10,424 nucleotides of DNA from Candidatus Hydrogenedentota bacterium (GTDB lineage Bacteria; Hydrogenedentota; Hydrogenedentia; Hydrogenedentales; GCA-2746185), in the NCBI GenBank assembly GCA_046583315.1, contig JAYGCN010000073.1, positions 1-10,424 of the forward strand. The letters run 5' to 3'. A program made the translations under genes and the position numbers. This document shows positions 1 through 6,991 of this stretch, piece after piece. Position 1 is the stretch's first letter. Every line of letters begins with the position of its first letter. The notes under the pieces were generated by a model. The model did no database searches, was not told the DNA's origin, and saw only the letters and a program-made list of their open reading frames with translations.

Positions 1-576
1 GTGCGAATCGATCGCGTTAATCATGGTCAGCGAAGGTAGATGAAGCAGCGCGCTGGCTTTCAGGCCGGTGCCAAGGTCTGCCAGACTTGCCGTCAGATAG
101 CCACGTTGATCGTCAAAGGTAAAATCGATCATTCCCACGAGTGAGTCGTCTATTCGCGTAAGGTTGGACCAGATGTCGTGGAGTTGTTGCCCCGAAGCAT
201 GCCCAAAAAGAGTGATATGATCCGCGCCGTTGATGGCCAAGCTGATTCGCTGTCCATCGTTGATGTGAACACCGCGCGCGCCCGACGAATGAATCAGGCG
301 TGGCGGGATGAGACGGCGTTCCATCAGAAAATGCGCCTGGACATCGTCGACCTCAGAAAAGGAGTAATAGGTTCCGTCCGCATCCATATTGATGGCGGCT
401 AGTGATTCGACAATTCGTTTTTCTACAGCCTCGAGGGTGTCGCCGTTGCACTGACTCGTAAATGGGTAGTCGGCGAGATTGCGCACAAGACGGCAGTGGG
501 TGCTAATGACGATGTCGGCGTGGGGGCCTTCGCCATCGAGCCATTGAACGGGGTTTTGCAACAAGGCATCAAGCAT
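1..576 (-). CDS. mcsB: McsB-like ATP:guanido phosphotransferase-family protein (protein-arginine kinase homologue), 3' end outside window; catalytic motifs degenerate
   Basis: Manual translation from the ATG at 576, 1 nt after the mcsA stop, is open to position 1: MLDALLQNPVQWLDGEGPHADIVISTHCRLVRNLADYPF...FLMERRLIP...ISLAINGADHITL...IDFTFDDQRGYLTASLADLGTGLKASALLHLPSL. It is collinear with the McsB motifs (DIVISSRIRLARN, ERHLIS, NEEDH, GYLTxCPTNxGTGLRAS, LHLPAL) and lies directly downstream of mcsA. Confidence 0.9.
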   Translation of the reverse strand, partial: MLDALLQNPVQWLDGEGPHADIVISTHCRLVRNLADYPFTSQCNGDTLEAVEKRIVESLAAINMDADGTYYSFSEVDDVQAHFLMERRLIPPRLIHSSGARGVHINDGQRISLAINGADHITLFGHASGQQLHDIWSNLTRIDDSLVGMIDFTFDDQRGYLTASLADLGTGLKASALLHLPSLTMINAIDSH

Positions 577-577
577 T

Positions 578-1099
578 TTACTCGCTTCCCTGTGGTGTTG
601 CGCCGAGCCCCGTTTCGAGACTTCTGATTTCGTCTCGCAGGATCGCAGCTTCTTCATAACGTTCGGCACTCAGCGAGGATTTGAGCAGTGCCCGTTTCGT
701 CTGAAGATCCGCGCGTACGCGTGAGCGCGTGTCGTCAATGTGAGGGGTCTTGCCGGCATGTGTCAGCCCCACGTGCATGTCGAGCAGAATAGGTTCCAGT
801 TCCTCAGCGAAAAAACCGTAGCACTCCGCGCATCCCACCATGCCGGTATTCCTAATCGTCTGGAAATCAGTGTCGCAGGAGGAACAGGTGGGCATCGGAA
901 ACAGGGCCGACCCGCGACCAGAAGCATCTTTTTCGCGACGCAGAAAAGGTGCCGGGCGGGAAAATTCGAAACCCGCTGCCTTATAGTTCTGCTTCTTGTC
1001 AAGGCATTCACGACACAGCTGTTGGTCGATTACTTGCCCGTCGACCACCTCGGCGTAGCGGATGGATGCGAAGTTTTTATGGCATTGTTGGCAATGCAT
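578..1099 (-). CDS. mcsA: McsA (protein-arginine kinase activator; four CxxC motifs plus C-terminal UVR domain)
   Basis: CQQC, CREC, CSSC and GCAECY motifs, H-x-GK-x-P, and a UVR-like tail (ERYEEAAILRDEIRSLE). Adjacent to the mcsB-like gene. Confidence 0.93.
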   Translation of the reverse strand: MHCQQCHKNFASIRYAEVVDGQVIDQQLCRECLDKKQNYKAAGFEFSRPAPFLRREKDASGRGSALFPMPTCSSCDTDFQTIRNTGMVGCAECYGFFAEELEPILLDMHVGLTHAGKTPHIDDTRSRVRADLQTKRALLKSSLSAERYEEAAILRDEIRSLETGLGATPQGSE

Positions 1100-1136
1100 G
1101 TGAGAACCCTTTGCAGCGCGACCTTCTCTTGTGTTA

Positions 1137-1165
1137 ATTATACCATCGGTGAGCAGGCTTTTCTA
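1137..1165 (-). promoter_or_regulatory. Putative sigma70-type extended -10 promoter for mcsA-mcsB
   Basis: The minus strand reads TAGAAA (1165-1160), a 17-nt spacer ending in TGG, then a perfect TATAAT (1142-1137), 37 nt upstream of the mcsA ATG. Confidence 0.6.
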
Positions 1166-1317
1166 CGGATATGGCCCCTCCAAATGCGAATTATTGGCAA
1201 AACACGCGTCCATGCGCGATAATACGGCTTCCGAAATACGATAGTTTTGCGAAAATCTCAGTGGAATGTCGCATTGAAGTGCCCAATCACAGCGTGGATG
1301 CAGATCAGGAGCGAGGA

Positions 1318-1701
1318 ATGGCCAGGCAAAAAAAGAAACGAATCGATGTCTCATCGGAGCGCGAGGAACTTAGCGATAACCCCTTTGCGACCTTGGCAGC
1401 CAACGTGTCCGATCTTCCTGAGGCACCGCTGAATCAGAATGCCAAAGCCAAGGCCGAAATCATCTCCCTGTATCAAGTCGCCCGTACCCGCAAAGGAAAC
1501 TGGCCCGTGCGCATCGAAAAACGAGGCGGCGGAAAAATCGTCACCATCGTCGAACAAATCTCCGGCGACGGAAAGGCATTCCTCAAAGCCCTGCAAAAAT
1601 CCCTCGGCACCGGCGGAAAATTCGACGGGAGCACCGTCCAGATTCAGGGCGATCATGTCGCCAAAGTCGAAGCCTTCCTCGAATCCGTCACGGAGAAGTA
1701 G
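1318..1701 (+). CDS. SUI1/eIF1-like translation factor (YciH family)
   Basis: C-terminal SUI1 domain: VRIEKRGGGKIVTIV...LKALQKSLGTGG...VQIQGDH. The N-terminal NPFAxL motif is often seen in bacterial SUI1 proteins. The start is placed at ATG 1318 after a purine-rich AGGAGCGAGGA, rather than at 1171 as in the ORF track. Confidence 0.88.
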   Translation: MARQKKKRIDVSSEREELSDNPFATLAANVSDLPEAPLNQNAKAKAEIISLYQVARTRKGNWPVRIEKRGGGKIVTIVEQISGDGKAFLKALQKSLGTGGKFDGSTVQIQGDHVAKVEAFLESVTEK

Positions 1702-1724
1702 TAGAGGTCAGAGATTCTGTTGGC

Positions 1725-2960
1725 TTAGCCCTCAATCTTCGCAATCAGCAACGTCTGGTCATCATGCGTGGGCTCGTTGCCGGCGAAGGCTTTGAGATCC
1801 TGGAGCAGGGATTCGATGATGTGTGCGGGCGTTTCGGTGCATTGGCGTACCGACTCGGTGAAGCGTTCTATGCCGAATAGTTCGCCGTCGCTGTTGCGCG
1901 CTTCAAAGATGCCATCGGTAAAGAGCACAAGGAAGTCGCCGGGCTGCAACGCGAATTCGTAGGTTTCGTAGGATTTCGATTCACGGATGCCCAGTGGCAT
2001 GTTCTTGGTGGCTTCGGGGACGTCGAAGGTGCAATCGGTGGAATGCAGCACGAGCGGAGAGTCGTGTCCCGCGCTGGCGTAACGCATCAGGTGGGTCTCA
2101 GGATCGTACACCGCGTAAAAGGCGGTCACGAAGGTCTTGGTGATGTTCGTGTATCGCAAGATGAGGTGATGGTTGATGAAGTCGAGCATGGATGCCGGGT
2201 CGTCGTTGATGTCCGGATTCGTGTGCGCGATGCTGTGAGTGATGGCCATCAATACGGCGGCTGAGGGGCCGTGTCCGCTGACATCAGCGATAAGCAGTCC
2301 CCATTTCCCGGACGGCAGCTCAAAGAAGTCGTAGTAATCGCCACCGGCCTGTTCTGCGGCTTCGTAATGAACGGCGAGTTCCACGCCCGGTATTTCGGGC
2401 AGGCCGTTGGGGAGCAGGGAGAGTTGGATGCCCGCAACAACTTTCACTTCGTGGTCGATTTTTCGGTGCGCTTCTTTGAGGGCATCGCCCACGCGCAGGT
2501 TGTGAATCGCGCGCCCGAAGAGGTTACCCGTCCACACGATTTCCGGAAGTAGTTCTTCGTCGAAGGCTTCGGGATCCTTGCTAAGCAGCACGGTCATGTT
2601 GAGCGCTTCACGGTTGTCGAAGGTCGGCAAGGAGAGTAAGGAACGGTAGCCCTTGAGATATTCGTATGCGGGATCGGACTCATCGAGATCGTAATCGACC
2701 AATACCACTGCACGATTGTTGAAGATGAGATCGCCGAGTATTCCGCCCTCAAGCACGGGAAGTTTGTCTGGGTCAAGCCAGGGATCGATGGGTTCTTCCC
2801 ATTCGCTGTAACGCGATATCTGAAACTGGGGTGCGGGCACATGACGGCGCGTCATGGAAAGGGATGCATCTCGCTCCAACAGACTGCCCACTTCTTCACC
2901 GAATACTTGAACCATTTCGCGCGGATCGTCGGTGCTGCTCAATGCCTTTACGCTCTTCAT
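1725..2960 (-). CDS. PP2C/SpoIIE (RsbU-like) serine phosphatase with N-terminal GAF-like sensory region
   Basis: PP2C motifs IQxSLLP, GGDYYDF, IADVSGHG, FVTAFY, SAGH, FTDGI and DDQT. The N-terminal region is GAF-like (YRSLLSLP...PEAFDEE). The true start is uncertain (see findings). Confidence 0.92.
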   Translation of the reverse strand: MKSVKALSSTDDPREMVQVFGEEVGSLLERDASLSMTRRHVPAPQFQISRYSEWEEPIDPWLDPDKLPVLEGGILGDLIFNNRAVVLVDYDLDESDPAYEYLKGYRSLLSLPTFDNREALNMTVLLSKDPEAFDEELLPEIVWTGNLFGRAIHNLRVGDALKEAHRKIDHEVKVVAGIQLSLLPNGLPEIPGVELAVHYEAAEQAGGDYYDFFELPSGKWGLLIADVSGHGPSAAVLMAITHSIAHTNPDINDDPASMLDFINHHLILRYTNITKTFVTAFYAVYDPETHLMRYASAGHDSPLVLHSTDCTFDVPEATKNMPLGIRESKSYETYEFALQPGDFLVLFTDGIFEARNSDGELFGIERFTESVRQCTETPAHIIESLLQDLKAFAGNEPTHDDQTLLIAKIEG

Positions 2961-3022
2961 GACTGCTTCGAGACGCTCTTCGAAGGGCTGAGTCTGATCA
3001 AAAATATGCTGCGCTGTGCCAT
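2957..3022 (-). other. 21-codon upstream ORF, or frameshifted 5' end of the PP2C gene
   Basis: GAGGA-6nt-ATG at 3022 gives MAQRSIFLIRLSPSKSVSKQS*. Its TGA (2959-2957) overlaps the PP2C ATG (2960-2958) as ATGA. Confidence 0.45.
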
Positions 3023-3079
3023 GGTGGGTCCTCGGGATGTTTTACAGACAGAACACCACAATACCGTTTTTCATTCGAC

Positions 3080-3115
3080 AAAATAAAAAGAGGCGCGGTA
3101 CAGGTACCACGCCTC
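3080..3115 (-). terminator. Rho-independent terminator downstream of the redoxin gene
   Basis: The minus strand reads GAGGCGTGGTA-CCTG-TACCGCGCCTC (11-bp stem with one G-U pair) followed by TTTTTATTTT, 24 nt after the redoxin stop codon. Confidence 0.85.
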
Positions 3116-3139
3116 GTAGTCGATGCCTAAGTAGAACGA

Positions 3140-4285
3140 CTAATCCGATTCCGGTAAATCCAGTGCGGGATAGTACTCTCCCTCGGAGGCCTGGAATTTT
3201 TTCATCCATTTGGCCCCGGCTTCCTTGGGTGCAAAGGACCAGTCCTGGCGATGATAATTCCAGCTTTCCGGACGCAATTCCTGTGATTTCGCCCAGTATT
3301 GCCCGGCCAGTTCCATGTTGTCTGTGAGTTGAAAATGTGTTGCCAGCTGAAAATACGCTTCGGCCTGCGCCTGATCATCGGTGCGGGGGGCGAGTTTCCC
3401 AGTGACTACCTCTGGCGAAAAAGTGAACTTGCTTTCCGCACCTTTCTCAACCCAGTCGCGCAATGCGGCCACATACGCGTCGCCCGCGCTGGAGAGGGTC
3501 TTGCCTCCCAACTTCAGTTCGGTCTTCTTGGGAGATGCTGTTTCGGGTGGACGAACGATGATGCCCTCTTCATTGATCCATACACCGGAAGGAACATTGG
3601 TCATGTTGTAGAGTGTGCTGATCAGATGACGCTCGTCAATAACGGTCGTGTAGGTTGCTTTGGCTTTGTCGTAAAACTCGCCCGCGGCTTCCTCACCGCC
3701 GGAGTCCTGCGCGAAAGAGAGGAGTTCAAAATTCTGGTCCTTGAGGTCATCGTAAATGGCTTGCCACCCGGGCAAGTCGAAGCGGCATCCTCACCACGAG
3801 GCCCAAGTGTGAATCATCACTTTTTTGCCGCGATAATCGCTGAGGTGAACCGTCTTGCCATCGCGATCCTGCAACTCGAAATCCGGCGCCACGGCCGATT
3901 CGAGGTAGCTCGATTGGTTTTGCGGAATGGGTGCAAAACTCCACACACGACTGTCCGCGTCATAAGCGTAGGCTTGATTCACAATTTGCGCCAGACCGGT
4001 GACGTTGACCCAAGACATCCCCGTACGTTTTACGAAGAGGTCGCTGTCTTCATCCTGCTTGATAGGAATGCACAAATCGTCCAGGCACGCGCCTTCCGGT
4101 TTAAGGACAAAGCCGTTCACCCGTGTAAGATCAGCGGGGGACACCCAAAGATCGGTCGGCGACGACAAGGTTTCTTCAACCCCAATGGTTTTACCTTGAT
4201 AAAGAACAGTCGTGGGTTCGGCGGAAGCGATTGAGGCGCTCATGAGGATAATTGGAACTCCCAAAGTAACTAGCCGGCGTTTCAT
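3140..4285 (-). CDS. Probable selenocysteine-containing thioredoxin-fold redoxin (TlpA/ResA/AhpC-TSA-like, WAxxUGC motif), 381 aa, with signal peptide
   Basis: Track ORFs 3791..4321 and 3140..3775 are in the same frame, separated by one TGA (3793-3791) plus GCRFD. The joined sequence reads APDFELQDRDGKTVHLSDYRGKKVMIHTWASW-[TGA]-GCRFDLPGWQAIYDDLKDQNFELLSFAQD...NVPSGVWINEEGIIVR. ATG 4285 has a strong SD (AGAAGGAG) and is followed by the signal-like MKRRLVTLGVPIILMSASIASA. Confidence 0.88.
3742..3793 (-). promoter_or_regulatory. Putative bacterial SECIS element with the Sec UGA codon
   Basis: The mRNA reads UGA GGAUGCCGCUUCGA CUUGCC-CGGGU-GGCAAG. This is a perfect 6-bp apical stem (3776-3760) with a 5-nt loop beginning 20 nt after the UGA and a G at loop position 2. 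UGAGG can also pair with the downstream CCUCA (3746-3742). Confidence 0.7.
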
Positions 4286-4425
4286 GCGAATACTCCTTCT
4301 CGGCGTTATAGAATAGTCCACTATCTAATCACAGAATACAGGTTAAACACAATGCCATTCAGGCGGTTCCGATCTCAGGCGTTGTAACACGGGATTCTTG
4401 GGTCCATGAACAGAATTCAGACGAT

Positions 4426-5517
4426 TCAGTCCCCGTCGTCGTGCGCGCCGTGTTCGGCTTCTTCGTGCTGCATCTGCTCGCCTTCACTGGCGAGAGCGGT
4501 GATGCTGAAGCCGTCGGTGATGAGGAAGTAGGCCCCGAGAATGAGGACCGGCGGAAGTTGTATGAGGTGATTGATGAGCGCGAAGGCTTTGGCTTCATCC
4601 ACATTCATGTCGGGGAGAATCATAACCAATGTGATTACGATGGGTACATGATACTGTCCGATAAATCCTGGTGCCCCCGGCGCAGCGATGAATACAGACA
4701 AGATAGATTGCATGACGAAGGGCGTGTACCACGGCGCGTCAATATTGAACGCTCGGAGTGTCGCGTAAAAAATCAGGATGGGCATCGCCCAGGTCAGCAT
4801 CGAAAAAAAGATCGAGAGGAACATATCACGCGGCGACTTAAATACTTCCAGGCCTTCGGCAAAATGTGTGAGCAGCTTGACCCCAATCGCAGCGAGCTTC
4901 TTTGAGATTACGCCGATAACCCTTTCGACGATGCCAATGAAGAAATCCTTCTTCACGTAAAGCATTACAAAAGAACCAATGATCGCGAACATCAAAATCC
5001 CCATACTGTATGCGCCCGATCGGTACAATTCGGCTGGAAATTTGATGGGCTTTGGAGTGCCGAAGGTGGAAGCAGGAATAACGACATCCGCGACAGGTTG
5101 ATACGCAAAAATCGCGACCAACATTACCGCAATCAACGCAAACAAATCGGTCACACGATCCAGTGCCACGTAGGCGAAGGTTTTCGAAAAAGGAATCTTG
5201 GTCAGGCGTGTGAGGACCAGCGCACGCACCGCTTCTCCGACGCGACCGGGTAGGGTAAAGTTTGCAAAAAATCCGATTTGGGTCGCACTGGCCAAGTTGC
5301 GAATGGACGTGGGAGTCACCGAGTTAACGATGTATTTCCAGCGAATGATGCGGAATACGAAGCTGAACATCAGTGGGACGTGCGCGATGGCCAGCCACAT
5401 CAAATCAATGTTTTTAACGGTTTCCCAGACCTGAGCCCAGTCTGTACTTCGAAACAATATCCAGATGAGAAACCCGCCAATCAAGAGTCCTACAAGTGCT
5501 ACAAGTTTCTTTTTCAT
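4426..5517 (-). CDS. UPF0104 / lysylphosphatidylglycerol-synthase TM-domain (flippase-like) membrane protein
   Basis: Many hydrophobic helices and the family motifs RxxRW, GFFANFTLPGRVGEAVR, DRVTD and APGAPGFIG. Confidence 0.88.
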   Translation of the reverse strand: MKKKLVALVGLLIGGFLIWILFRSTDWAQVWETVKNIDLMWLAIAHVPLMFSFVFRIIRWKYIVNSVTPTSIRNLASATQIGFFANFTLPGRVGEAVRALVLTRLTKIPFSKTFAYVALDRVTDLFALIAVMLVAIFAYQPVADVVIPASTFGTPKPIKFPAELYRSGAYSMGILMFAIIGSFVMLYVKKDFFIGIVERVIGVISKKLAAIGVKLLTHFAEGLEVFKSPRDMFLSIFFSMLTWAMPILIFYATLRAFNIDAPWYTPFVMQSILSVFIAAPGAPGFIGQYHVPIVITLVMILPDMNVDEAKAFALINHLIQLPPVLILGAYFLITDGFSITALASEGEQMQHEEAEHGAHDDGD

Positions 5518-5547
5518 GCAGGCGGCTATCCCTTTATTATCGTTGGC

Positions 5548-6864
5548 TTAGACTGAAGCGGCTTTGGTGCTGCCCACATAGGCGTCGATTGAATCGCGTA
5601 TGGTTTTGAGAATCCACGCACGCTTCTCATCATCGTGTTCCAGCAATGTCCCGCGGAATCCGAGGTGGGTACATTGGAATCCTGTCAACGGCACGACCAC
5701 GATGCCCGTGGCACCCATCAAGTAATAGACGAATCGTTTGTCCGGTGCCACGTTACGCGTCAACTCTTCGATGGTCTTGCGGATTTCAGCGTTTTCGATA
5801 GGAAGCATCTGTTCATCGTTCAGCACGCCATCCTTGAACATCGTCGTATAATAAAACGCGCCGCCCGGTTTGTTCAGGATGACCGATTCACACCCTTTGT
5901 ACGATTCCATGAGCTCATCCGCACGCGCCCCGAACATCGCTTCACGTCCAGCCAGATGCGCCGGGTAACGCTCATCGCCAATGACCTTCGGGATCGACAA
6001 CTGAGGAAGCGTCGTGGACGATACTTCAAGGCGTTTCGCCGCGAGGATGCTGTCGACATAGGTGCCGAAGTTACCGTCTTTCTCGCGATTCAATATTTCC
6101 AGCCAGCCACAGCGCGATCCTGGCCACGGGTACTCTTTGCTGATACCACGCATCGCGAGACCCGGCACATCCCCGATCCATTCGCTCATGTGGAGATGCT
6201 CGTTTCCGTTAAAGACGATGTGCGCGTAAATCTCGTCTGAGATAATGAAGAGATCATGTTGACGCGCGATCTGTGCGATTTCTTCCAGCACTTCACGCGG
6301 ATACACGGCGCCCGTCGGATTGTCCGGCGAAAGCAACAAAATACCCGCGATCGAGTCGTTGTATTTCACCTTCTTGCGAATGTCATCAATGTCCGGCATC
6401 CATCCCTTATACGGATCGAGGTCGTAGGTCACATGGTTGTAACCCGAATGCGCAGCCTCGGCCGAAGAGTGCGTGCTGTACGCCGGGGAGGGACCGAGAA
6501 TGCGCGCTTCACGACGGAGAAATCCATACACCTTCGCAACCGCATCGCCCAGTCCATTGAAAAACATGATGTCGTCAGGCGTAATCTTCACGCCCTCGCG
6601 ATTGTTGACATGCTCTGCAAGAAAATCGCGCGTTTCCGGTACCCCCGCCGTGTCGCAATACGCCCACGATTCACCCTGCGCAACCAGATCGCGCACGATG
6701 TCCCGAATCCATTTCGGCGGATTCTCGCCCTTCTGCACCGGGTCGCCAATATTCTCCCAGCAGATCTCCATGCCCAAATCACGCATCTTATGCGCAACCG
6801 CAACGATCTCCCGGATTTCATATTTAAGGTTGGCGGCACCGTCATGTACGATATTGCGACGCAT
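5548..6864 (-). CDS. PLP-dependent aminotransferase class I/II (alanine/aspartate aminotransferase-like)
   Basis: NIGDP, PDNPTGAVY, SDEIY, the PLP-lysine region GISKEYPWPGSRCGW, and PGGAFY. ATG 6864 (MRRNIVH) is preferred; GTG 6876 is the alternative start. Confidence 0.93.
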   Translation of the reverse strand: MRRNIVHDGAANLKYEIREIVAVAHKMRDLGMEICWENIGDPVQKGENPPKWIRDIVRDLVAQGESWAYCDTAGVPETRDFLAEHVNNREGVKITPDDIMFFNGLGDAVAKVYGFLRREARILGPSPAYSTHSSAEAAHSGYNHVTYDLDPYKGWMPDIDDIRKKVKYNDSIAGILLLSPDNPTGAVYPREVLEEIAQIARQHDLFIISDEIYAHIVFNGNEHLHMSEWIGDVPGLAMRGISKEYPWPGSRCGWLEILNREKDGNFGTYVDSILAAKRLEVSSTTLPQLSIPKVIGDERYPAHLAGREAMFGARADELMESYKGCESVILNKPGGAFYYTTMFKDGVLNDEQMLPIENAEIRKTIEELTRNVAPDKRFVYYLMGATGIVVVPLTGFQCTHLGFRGTLLEHDDEKRAWILKTIRDSIDAYVGSTKAASV

Positions 6865-6887
6865 AATATAACTCACAGTTAATTACC

Positions 6888-6917
6888 AAAAACAGCGGCT
6901 CCGACGGAAAAACAGCG
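6888..6917. repeat. Exact 10-bp direct repeat AAAAACAGCG x2, 20-bp period
   Basis: Copies at 6888-6897 and 6908-6917, in the intergenic region just upstream of the aminotransferase gene. Confidence 0.75.
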
Positions 6918-6961
6918 AAGTATCTATGAACAAAGAACTTCCAAAACCCCCGTCGAATTTG

Positions 6962-6991
6962 ATCATACGTGGAATATGCGTATTTTTGCAA
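6962..6991 (-). promoter_or_regulatory. Possible sigma70-type promoter for the aminotransferase gene
   Basis: The minus strand reads TTGCAA (6991-6986), 18 nt, TATGAT (6967-6962). Confidence 0.35.

Noticed and set aside
178..402. 74-aa plus-strand ORF
   Set aside because: It is antisense to the mcsB-like frame, which has clear family motifs.
740..1222. 160-aa plus-strand ORF, and the 1171 start for the SUI1 gene
   Set aside because: The 160-aa ORF is antisense to mcsA. The 1171-1317 extension has no RBS and runs through the probable divergent promoter region.
3299..4234. 311-aa plus-strand ORF
   Set aside because: It is an antisense shadow of the redoxin gene with no recognisable motifs.
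1..4285. McsAB, SUI1, PP2C and the selenoredoxin as one stress-signalling system
   Set aside because: The genes have mixed orientations and a strong terminator separates the redoxin from PP2C. PP2C is not the known pArg phosphatase type (YwlE is LMW-PTP family). There is no evidence beyond proximity.
3140..4321. Two separate genes (211 aa and 176 aa), or a nonsense pseudogene, as the ORF track implies
   Set aside because: The stop falls precisely on the redox-Cys position, both halves are in frame, a SECIS-like hairpin follows, and the second half has no RBS. Sec recoding explains this better.
5635..6882. Plus-strand ORFs of 201, 208, 95 and 132 aa
   Set aside because: They are antisense shadows of the aminotransferase gene.
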